From: Candidatus Saccharimonadota bacterium
Lineage (GTDB): Bacteria; Patescibacteriota; Gracilibacteria; BD1-5; UBA6164
Direction of reading: 5' to 3'
Assembly (NCBI GenBank): GCA_004563595.2
Contig: CP042461.1
Span: forward strand, 1,311,104-1,343,103
DNA: 32,000 bases
Every line of letters begins with the position of its first letter. Within the stretch, counting starts at the first letter, position 1. Of the stretch, positions 1 through 8,804 are shown piece by piece. Made by a program: the position numbers and the translations under genes. Under the pieces are notes generated by a model. It had not been told where the DNA came from. It worked only from the letters and a program-made list of their open reading frames with translations, and made no database searches.

Positions 1-259
1 GAGTAAGATAGTTGATTGCATTTACCATAAGAACAATAGTTCTTACTCATGTGAAGCTGCCTGGTCAATTCACTACAATTATATTTTCTAGATCAAAAAA
101 GGTAAGAGTATTATATTTTAAAAACTCTTCTAATTTTGGGATCAAAACTGAAGATTCGTTTCCTTTTATATTCCATGAGGCTTTTCCTTGCATTTGCCTC
201 TTATCATCAAATAATATCAAAGTACAGGGGGATGAAAGAGCATCTATAAATAAGTTCAT
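1..259 (-). CDS. tsaB: tRNA threonylcarbamoyladenosine (t6A) biosynthesis protein TsaB/YeaZ; N-terminal part, truncated by the window edge
   Basis: Minus-strand ATG at 257-259. Translation is MNLFIDALSSPCTLILFDD...LENIIVVN, then the TGA at 65-67 read as Gly gives the family motif GPGSFTGVRTIVLMVNAINYL. The frame stays open to position 2. Confidence 0.75.
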
Positions 260-389
260 TATGGATAGGATTACTTTTAATATTTTCTTTTATAAGTGTA
301 CTTCTGTTGTTATTTTTGTAAAGAACTTTCTTTATTTTTTTAGATTTTTCTTTATAATCAAGCAAATATTAAAAAATAAAATAACCTAC

Positions 390-3300
390 GTGAAATCTCT
401 AGAAATAAATAAAAGCTATATAAACAGTTGAAATACTTTTTCAAAACTTCTCTTACTTCAAAGATGGCTGGAAAATAACTCTCAAAAACTTGATGGAAGT
501 ATTATGGTCGTTCAGAATGAGAAAGATATACAAAGTTACCTAAAAATATCACTTTTCTTAGGTATAAAAATGTCAAAGTTGAACAATATATCTGAGCTTG
601 TTGACCTTATATATAATAAGATCTGAAATTATATAGTGAGTACAGATTTTTTTGAAATTCAAATACCCAACACCAATCATTTAGAAAAAAAGTTTATTAT
701 TACTCTGAAAAAAGGTCAAAATATAGCTCCTGAAGAAATAAGTAAACAGCTCAATGATTTTTGATACAAACATTCTGAACATAACACAAAGTGAAGCTTT
801 AAAGTAAATGGAGATATATTGAGTATTACAAACTCAACATGAGAAGTTGAATTCAAAATTAGTTTTTGGGGAAATACTATTGAAGAGATTCTTTTAATAG
901 AAGAATCATCCAATAATACTAAAAACCTAGAGACAGTTTCTATTTGAAAAAGAGAAACTATTCATAACTTCCAAGTAACAGACACCTTTCATCTTGATTT
1001 AAAAAATAAACTTCATTCTGAGAATATATTTCATATTTTAGACTCTCTTGATTTTTCAGGTTATTTTGATGAATTTAATACAGATCTTAATAACTATATT
1101 CAATTTAATTCTCTCACACATATTCAAAATAAAGAAGCTCAAATCAACCTATGAATAAATGACCTTTATTTAGAAAAAATTGAAGACTTAAAACATATTT
1201 TAGAAGAGAACTGAATTTCAAAGAAAACTATTTATACAAAAAGTATCTGAGCAATAAAAAATTTTATCGAATATAATAACCTTCAGAGTATTGAAATTAT
1301 TGAAACAAAACTAAATAATTTAAAAAGTTTTCGTTCAGCAACTGAAATTGTAATTTGTGATGACAATATTTCAAGAATTTTTGTTAAAAAGAGAATTAAA
1401 AGAAATCTCAGTAAAAGCTTAGACTTACTCCTACAAATTAAGCCTTGAGATTTCATTGTCCATGTTGATCATGGAATATGAGTTTTTAAACAAATACTCG
1501 AAAAAGAACTCCCTGTTCAAAATGGACAAATCATAAAAAAAGAATACATAGAGCTTGAATACAAGAATAATGATAAGCTATTTGTTCCTATTACAGAAGT
1601 ATCAAGGGTCAATAAATATGTCTGATCTGAGAATCCAAAGTTGACAGGGTTATCGACAAAAGAATGGGAGAAAAAACTATCTAAAGCCAAAGGTGATATT
1701 GAAAGTATTGCCTGAGAACTCTTAGAGGTATTTGCCAAAAGGAAGCTCCAAAAATGATATAGTTTTACAAGTTACCCAACAGAGGAAGCAAGATTTTCAA
1801 ACTCTTTTGAATATACCTATACAGATGACCAATTCAACATCATTCGTGAAATAAATGAAGATATGGAATCTTCTCAACCAATGGATAGACTTGTTTCGTG
1901 AGATGTCTGATTTTGAAAAACAGAAATTGCATTTCATGCTATGTATAAAGCTATGATAAATAATAAACAAGCGGCCCTTATCTCTCCTCTTATTGTACTT
2001 GCTTATGAGCATTATGAAAAAGCGAAAGAAAGGTTTGCTCTGTTTCCATTTAATATATGAGTAATAACGAGGTTTGAAAAACCTGCCATAGTCAAAAATA
2101 CTCTCGAAAAACTCAAAAATGGAAAAATTGACCTTATCATTTGAACTCATAGGTTACTCAGCGAAGATATAGAATTCAAAAATTTATGAATCCTTGTAAT
2201 TGATGAAGAACATAAGTTTTGAGTAAAAGACAAAGAAAAAATCAAGAAATTCAAATGAAATATAGACATGTTGTCTCTCTCAGCAACACCAATCCCTAGA
2301 AGTCTAAATATGGCATTAAATGGTATAAAAAGCATGAGTATGCTTACCACTCCTCCTATATGAAGAATGCCAATCGAGACACTGGTGTCTAAGTTTGACG
2401 ATAATATTATTGCTGAAGCCTGAAAAAGAGAGTTTGAAAGATGATGACAGTTATTTTTCATACATAATAGGGTCGGGACTATTGAAACTATGAGAGATAC
2501 TCTCTGAAAAATTTTTAAGAATAAGAAAATCATTATTGCTCACGGCCAACTTCCATGAGATACTCTTGAAAAAAGAATACTCTCATTTAAAAGAAAAGAA
2601 TATGATATATTATTATCTACAACTGTGATAGAAAATGGTATCGATTTCCCAAATGTAAATACTATCATTATCAATGATGCTTATAACTTTTGAATATCGC
2701 AAATTCATCAACTCAGATGAAGAGTGTGAAGAAGTGATAAACAATGACATTGTTATCTCTTATTTAATAAAGATAAGATCAAAGATGATGCAGCAAAGAG
2801 ACTCAAAACCATTGTCGACTATAGCCACCTCTGAGCATGATTTGAATTAGCAATCAAAGACTTGGAAATCAGATGAGGTTGAGACCTCCTATGAATAAAA
2901 CAAAGTGGACAGTCTAGTGAGATCTGAGTAAATCTATTTTTAGAAATGCTTGAAAATAAAATTGAAGAACTGAAGAGGACCGGTCTTGATACTAACTCTA
3001 AAAATTCAGTAGAAAGAAATATATCTAGAATTAATACAACAATAGACTTAAATATTTCAGCCTTTATTCCTGATTACTTTTTTAGCTCAGAGCTTGATAA
3101 AATAAATTTTTATAGAGAAATAGAGAGCCTCGAGACCTGAGAAGACTTAGAAAATATAATAACTGATTTCAAAGAAATTAATAGTGACATACCAAGTGAA
3201 ACAAATAATTTTTTTACTTTACTTGAGTTAAAACTTATTGCTTCTCAGTATAAAATCAAACATATCAAAAAAGTCTGAATTAACTACCAAATAGATTTTG

Positions 3301-3491
3301 ATACAGAAATAAGCCTTGATGAGTTAAAATTATTTTTGAAGTTAGATAGCGAAGTAAAGCTTGAGGTAACCACTATTCATAGACTCAGATCAAAGGTAAA
3401 AAACTTTGGGACTGATTATGATTTTATGAAATATGTTTTAGATATAATGAAAGGAACAATGAAGAAAAGGAAAGTGAAGCTGAAAAGGTAA
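390..3491 (+). CDS. mfd: Transcription-repair coupling factor Mfd
   Basis: Frame 0 has no TAA/TAG from 390 to the TAA at 3489-3491 (checked line by line). Motifs include DHGIGVF...[19 protein letters not shown] and Walker A GDVGFGKTE at 1899-1925, where all three Gly are TGA. Also [22 protein letters not shown] and a TRG-like C-terminus. The start is uncertain: GTG at 390 fits the expected N-terminal length, and the first downstream in-frame ATG is at 504. Confidence 0.9.
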
Positions 3492-3594
3492 CCTCACCCT
3501 AAATTCCCTCTCCTTTGGAGGAGAAGGAAGCTACATTTTTTTTGAGGCTATCTTTTCCCCTCTCCTCCAAAGGAGAGGGGTTAGGGGTGAGGTT
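3490..3594. repeat. Inverted pair of a GC-rich 41-bp palindromic element (REP-like doublet) forming a long hairpin just after the mfd stop; likely mfd terminator
   Basis: 3490-3530 is AACCTCACCCTAAATTCCCTCTCCTTTGGAGGAGAAGGAAG. The reverse complement of 3554-3594 is AACCTCACCCCTAACCCCTCTCCTTTGGAGGAGAGGGGAAA. The arms are separated by about 23 nt and followed by TTATTTTC. A third copy lies at 4869-4910. Confidence 0.8.
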
Positions 3595-3672
3595 ATTTTC
3601 AAATTAAAGTTGAATTTTTAGACTTTAATCATATATTAGATGCACAAATTTTACAAAATAAATACGAAAAAT

Positions 3673-4866
3673 ATGAAGTTTACAAAAATATTTTTGATAC
3701 TCTTAATGCTAAGTCTATCACTCGCAAGTTGTACAAACAAAGAATGAAATACAATTACTAAAGACAAAAGTCAAACGGGGACACAAGCTATTTTAGATGA
3801 TAATAAAACAAAGATTATGGATAACTACCAAACAAAAAAACTCGAAGATGGAGATATTGTTGCTGTTATGAAAACAACAAATGGTACTATACAAATAAAA
3901 CTATTCACTGAGGATGTTCCAAAAACAACTCTGAACTTTATGTGACTTGCTCAACAAGGATACTATGATGGGATTATTTTTCATAGAGTTATAAAAGGAT
4001 TTATGATCCAAGGAGGTGATCCAGACGGAACAGGACAAGGTTGAAAGAGTATTTATGGAGCAAAGTTTGATGATGAATTTTCTGATAAACTCAGTAACAT
4101 AACTGGTTCAATTTCCATGGCAAACTCTGGACCAAATACAAATGGAAGCCAATTCTTTATTAATCAAGCTGATAATACAAATCTAGATTTTAATAAAGGT
4201 GATACAAGATCAAAACACTCTGTTTTTGGACAAGTTGTTGAAGGAATGGATAACGTAGATAAAATAGCAAAAGTACAAACGGCTGAACAAGATAGACCAG
4301 TAAAAGAAGTAAAAATTATATCGCTTGTAATCAAACAATATAAGAACGGTACCCTAAAAGATTATAGCTTTGATCTTGAAGCGGAAAAAGAAAAAGTAGA
4401 AACTGAAATGAAAAAAGCTGCTGAAGCAAAGAAAGAGGCTGATAAAAATAAAGCAGTAGAAGCATGAAATAAAATCGCTGTTCACTATACACTTACTCTT
4501 GAGAATGGAGACAAAGTAGATAGTAGTATAGACAGATGAGACGCTTTTGAATTTACTGTTGGAGCTTGAATGACAATCAAATGATTTGATGATGGTGTAA
4601 TCTGAATGAAAATCGGAGATAAAAAGACTCTTACACTTGATCCAAAAGATGCGTATGGTGAAGCTGAAATATCTCTCCCTAAAGCACAATTTAAATCATT
4701 TGAAGATGCTGGTATTAAGCTAGAAAAAGGAGCGAAACTTCCAACTCAAATGTGAGAAATCAATGTACTTGAAGTAAGTGATGATACTGTAACAATTGAA
4801 AACAACCATGACTTAGCATGAAAGACTCTTATATTTGATGTTGAAATGATTGAATTTAAGGATTAA
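3673..4866 (+). CDS. Lipoprotein with fused cyclophilin-type and FKBP/SlyD-type peptidyl-prolyl isomerase domains
   Basis: Signal peptide and lipobox [20 protein letters not shown]. Cyclophilin part: [21 protein letters not shown](TGA=G)KSIYG...[16 protein letters not shown]...[15 protein letters not shown]-rich linker follows, then the FKBP part: [16 protein letters not shown]...[29 protein letters not shown]...[14 protein letters not shown]. No in-frame TAA/TAG until 4864-4866. Confidence 0.9.
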
Positions 4867-4868
4867 GA

Positions 4869-4910
4869 AACCTCACCCCTAAACTCCCTCTTCTTTGGAG
4901 GAGAAGGAGC
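4869..4910 (+). repeat. Third copy of the GC-rich 41-bp palindromic (REP-like) element
   Basis: AACCTCACCCCTAAACTCCCTCTTCTTTGGAGGAGAAGGAGC, starting 3 nt after the PPIase stop codon. It is near-identical to the copies at 3490-3530 and 3554-3594. Confidence 0.8.
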
Positions 4911-4924
4911 AGCAAGTAAGATAA

Positions 4925-4960
4925 AAAAGACTGGAAAATTATATTTTTCAGTCTTTTTTA
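4925..4960 (+). terminator. Rho-independent terminator
   Basis: Stem AGACTGGAAAA (4928-4938) pairs with TTTTTCAGTCT (4944-4954) with one G-U pair, followed by a T-run. Confidence 0.7.
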
Positions 4961-5093
4961 TTACACAATTTTTTAGCCAAATAGTCAACTCAATTTAAAA
5001 TTTTATTCCAAATATTAATATCCTGTTAATGTCTCATATGTATACTGTTCTATGTAAAAAGGAGGAATTTTATATTTTTAAATTTATAATTTA

Positions 5094-5996
5094 ATGTGAA
5101 AGGTTATATGTTCATTATTTCTGTTTATTTTTTTGTTTTGATCAACATCTGCTTATACAGCAACTCAAAACGATAAAGATACTGTGGATGTTCTTACGTC
5201 TAAAATAAATAAAATAATAGAAAAAAAATGAGAAAAACTACGTACGATTTTTATAAAAAAATTATCTACACTAAAACATAAAATCAAAAAAAATGAGAAA
5301 ATTACTTACATTATTTGAGAATTAGTAAACAACTTGAACAACTCTACTCAAGCCATTGAAGACTTGATTAAAGAAGTAGAGAATCACAGTAATAATACTA
5401 ATAAAAACAGCGATAAATTATCATCTTTATTATTACTACAAGAATATGGTTCAATGTATAATAAATTGATTGACAACGATATATATTGAAAAAATTGAAA
5501 ATTTGATTTAGGATGTTGAAACTATGCAATTAAATGGAATGAAATATATAAAGATCAATTTCAAAATATATATAACAAATCAAATCTTATAAATAATATT
5601 TTTCTAATGGATTTAATGAAATATGATATTGAAAAATTCAACAAATATTTTAAAAAAACATGTAAAAATGATGCAAAAATTGATTCCATGCTGTTTACTA
5701 CAACAAGTATCTCCCGTAACCTAGATAGCTTTGATAATTCCTACTATACAGAAATATATATATTTTATAATAATTGGTACAATACACTATATAAATATCT
5801 GAAGGATTCTAAACCATGAGAAACTTGTAATACAGTCTGGGAAGATTGGGATGGATTTACTTATGACAAAATGGAGTATTTAAAAACATATACAAAAAAT
5901 ACCAACTCTGATATATACCTAAAATACTTCTCTGAACTTCAAGATAAATTTAGAAAAATGATGAAAGAAGAATGTAATGGTCTTAAAATAAAATAA
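5094..5996 (+). CDS. Secreted hypothetical protein (300 aa)
   Basis: ATG at 5094, then MGKVICSLFLFIFLFGSTSA|YTAT, a signal peptide in which two Gly are TGA. The frame is open to the TAA at 5994-5996. It contains track ORF 5607-5819. No family recognised. Confidence 0.7.
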
Positions 5997-6012
5997 CATT
6001 AACAATAGAAAT

Positions 6013-6045
6013 AAAAAAAGGCAGCTTTAAAACTGCCTTTTTTTA
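6013..6045. terminator. Bidirectional hairpin terminator between convergent genes
   Basis: AAAGGCAG (6017-6024) pairs with CTGCCTTT (6033-6040), flanked by an A-run and a T-run. It overlaps the stop of the minus-strand transposase gene. Confidence 0.7.
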
Positions 6046-6561
6046 TTTCCCATACTCTAACTCATCCAAACTCAACTCCTTATTATCCAAGTACTTCTTT
6101 GGACCAGTCTTTAAAAGTCTATGAATAGATGTATACTTATAATCTTTAATATCCTCAACGAGCTTATACTTAAGTGGATTATAATTCACAAAGCTCATAC
6201 ATTTATGTAAGTATTCTTCTGAATCAATACGAGTGCTTTTAAATCTCCCTTTAAAAACAGGCTGTTTTAGCTCTGAGGGGTATTTCTTCCTATAAGAGGT
6301 TGCATATGCTCATTGAAGTCTTTTCATGAATTCTGAGAGCCTATGTCATGTTTTGATATTTTTTACTATAAGATGAAAATGGTTTGGTAAAAATGAATAT
6401 GAAACGAGCTTTATATCAGAATAATCTTTGAGATATCGAAGAAGGAGTTCATAAAACTTATCAAATTCTTGATCGTCGTGAAAGAGTGGCTCAGTTGAGA
6501 GTCACTTGTTATAGATATGGTAATAACTATTTTCTAGAAATTCTAGTCTGGAATTTCACAT
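6043..6561 (-). CDS. IS200/IS605-family Y1 (HUH) transposase-like protein, RAYT type (REP-associated tyrosine transposase)
   Basis: 172 aa: MGNSRLEFLENSYYHIYNKG...VSYSFLPNHFHLIVK (HUH motif)...FKGRFKSTRIDSEEYLHKCMSFVNYNPLKYKLV (catalytic-Tyr region). Single gene with no tnpB. No inverted repeats seen in its immediate flanks. Confidence 0.8.
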
Positions 6562-6650
6562 AAACTTTTTCTTATATATTAATATAAGTATTCTACATTA
6601 TATAGATTTAAAAGTCAAATATGTGGACCGGTCTCAAATTATAATCAACA

Positions 6651-6676
6651 AAAAACCTTACTTTACGTAAGGCATT
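6651..6676 (-). terminator. Rho-independent terminator of the LRR gene
   Basis: The minus-strand RNA reads CCTTAC-GTAAA-GTAAGG followed by TTTTTT. It overlaps the stop codon. Confidence 0.6.
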
Positions 6677-7218
6677 GCATGAGTAGAAAGATATACTTTA
6701 TTAAACTCTGTCATTTTATCGAGTAATTCTTGACTGACGTCATTTCATTCAACATTCAAGTATTGAAGCTTATTTAACTTTGTAAGTCATTTAATATCTT
6801 CTTCGTCTAGATTATTATAAGACACATCAAGTGTTTTGAGTTTTTCTAACCCTGAGAATCATTCTAAGTTTGTGAGCTTATTATTACTCACATTTATGTG
6901 TCTAATATTAGCTGGAAGCTTTAAGTCTGAGCCAAACCTTAAGTTATTATTACCCAGATCTATTCTTCAGAGTTTATTATATCCCGATATATCAAGTAAT
7001 TCTATCTCATTATTTCATAGATAAATATTATTAACTTCTGTACCTGTTAAATAGAGGTTTAAATTGATAAAACCTTTTATTTCTTTCCCTACTAAGTTTA
7101 TACTTCTATCTGGTGTTTCATAACTTGCTAAAAGGCTTTTATTTGATAATTCAAATGCTGTTTTTCAACATGAAGCAAGTAGAAGAATCGAAACTATAGC
7201 TATAAGTACTTTTTTCAT
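6658..7218 (-). CDS. Leucine-rich-repeat (internalin-like) lipoprotein
   Basis: Lipobox MKKVLIAIVSILLLASC, then tandem LRRs of about 22 aa (LxxLxLxxNxL): IELLDISGYNKLGRIDLGNNNL, IRHINVSNNKLTNLEGFSGLEKLKTLDVSYNNL, LNKLQYLNVEGNDV. No in-frame TAA/TAG. Confidence 0.8.
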
Positions 7219-7289
7219 ATTTATATAATTTAGTGAGTAATTTCTTGGATTATATGATTTTTCTGATTTAAAACAAATTTTATACAATA

Positions 7290-7316
7290 TAAAAGACCTA
7301 TATTCTTATAGGCCGT
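7290..7316 (-). terminator. Rho-independent terminator
   Basis: The minus-strand RNA reads GGCCTATA-AGAA-TATAGGTC (one G-U pair) followed by TTTTAT. Confidence 0.55.
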
Positions 7317-7323
7317 TTATATA

Positions 7324-8658
7324 TTAATAACTTTTTGATCATAAGTCTAGCTCGTCTTCCATATTAATATGAAGGTCCTCTGATCATGTAATTCATAGAA
7401 TTGTATAATCTATTCATGACTTTACAAGATTTAATGTAATTACGGTACTTGAAGTTGTTCCAGCAATAACTATTTTATAGTCCTCTCCTCTTGTGGAATT
7501 TGACAGTGTTCTATTTGTCTGTAGTAGTGCTGACATATTAAACTCTAATACATCACCACTCATGACTCATACTACTCTATTTGATGAACTTTCACTATTA
7601 TAAATAGAATAAACAACATCGGCATCTCAACTTGATCATAGCGTTGATAAGCGAAGTTTTTCAAGCTCTATAGTAGGAGAATTATTTCAATTTTCAATAG
7701 TATTATTCCCAAACATAGCTCTGATATTCAACTCTGGAATGTTACTTGAAAGATTTTGCTCTACCTTTACTTCTAATACACCGGGAACAATAGAAAAAAG
7801 TTCTCATGGTTCAGTAACAGTATACATAGCTATATCATTTCCTGATGAGATTCCTTTTACATCATCAAATCAAACTTTACTTACATAGATATCCTTGATA
7901 GTTTTCCCTGCTTTTTCCCTCCCTATTGGTGCTGTTTTTATCTTAAGGCGTGCTTGTCTAATATTTTGAGTGATTATAAAATCATTAAGATTATCAAAGG
8001 TAATTTTTGCTTGGGTAGAACTAATAATATCTAGCTTTGATGATCATACTGAATCTATTACACTTCATTCAAGATATAACGTAGCTGTTTCGATCGAACT
8101 CTTTATATCTGTTAGGTCTTCTGGCCCCGAAATATAAAAGATAACTTTCCCTACGTCAGACGCTTCGTATAACGAGCTAAAGCTTTGTTTATATATAAAT
8201 ACTTCCTCTCAAGCTAAAAGAGTTTTCTCTTCTTCATTATAACTATCTGAGAATCCTGGATACACTGTCATTTCTTTCTCTTCTATTATTTTTTCGTCTT
8301 CAGTGATTTCATTATCTTTTATGATTATTGCTTGCTCTGATTTTAAAGCAGCTAATGTATATGAAGTTTTTAGAGTTAAATAATTGAGTATTAATTTTAA
8401 TTTTTTTGATCTCACATCAGTTCTATATTTTAATTTTTTTTCAAGAGAGGTCAGTTTGTTTGTAAGAAGATTCAAAAAGATTTCATTTTCTTTCTTTTTT
8501 TCTAGAAGACTATCAATAGCTTTGATGTATTTACTTCAATTTGTAATAATTGAAAGTCTTTCTGCTGATTCAGAAATATCATTTTCTAGGTTTGCATGTA
8601 CTCAACTTTGAGAGAATACAAATAGAAAAGATAGTAACAATGTAATAATTTTTTTCAT
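7324..8658 (-). CDS. Secreted protein (444 aa) whose C-terminal domain is homologous to the C-terminus of the adjacent S-layer-like protein
   Basis: Signal peptide MKKIITLLLSFLFVFSQSGVHA, a coiled-coil-like K/E/L-rich N-terminal part (contains track ORF 8209-8475), then a beta-rich part. The C-terminus is ...YKIVIAGTTSSTVITLNLVKSGIDYTILGITGSEDLHINMEDELDLGSKSY*. No in-frame TAA/TAG. Confidence 0.75.
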
Positions 8659-8718
8659 GATCATAATATTAAAAAATTAAATATAATTCTATTATATACA
8701 ATCCTAAATTTTACACAA

Positions 8719-8750
8719 CAAAAAACCCACTCTTTCGAGTGGGTTTTTTG
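8719..8750 (-). terminator. Strong hairpin terminator after the S-layer-like gene
   Basis: ACCCACTC (8725-8732), loop TTTC, GAGTGGGT (8737-8744), flanked by an A-run and a T-run so it can work in both directions. Two weaker hairpins lie at about 8751-8800. Confidence 0.75.
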
Positions 8751-8804
8751 TACTTACAAAAGTAAGTTTTTTTAACTAATCGTATAGATTAATTACGATT
8801 GAGA

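Noticed and set aside
12-431. 139-aa plus-strand ORF at the window start.
   Set aside because: It overlaps the tsaB N-terminus on the opposite strand, which carries a clear family motif, and then runs through the T-rich divergent promoter region. The sequence is low-complexity and F/I/K-rich. Only its last part, from about 390, is likely the true mfd 5' end.
3490-4910. Possible CRISPR array, prompted by the repeated GC-rich units of about 41 bp.
   Set aside because: There are only three copies. Two are in inverted orientation. The spacing is irregular (about 23 nt and about 1.27 kb, with a gene in between). No cas genes are present. The pattern fits a REP/MITE-like element.
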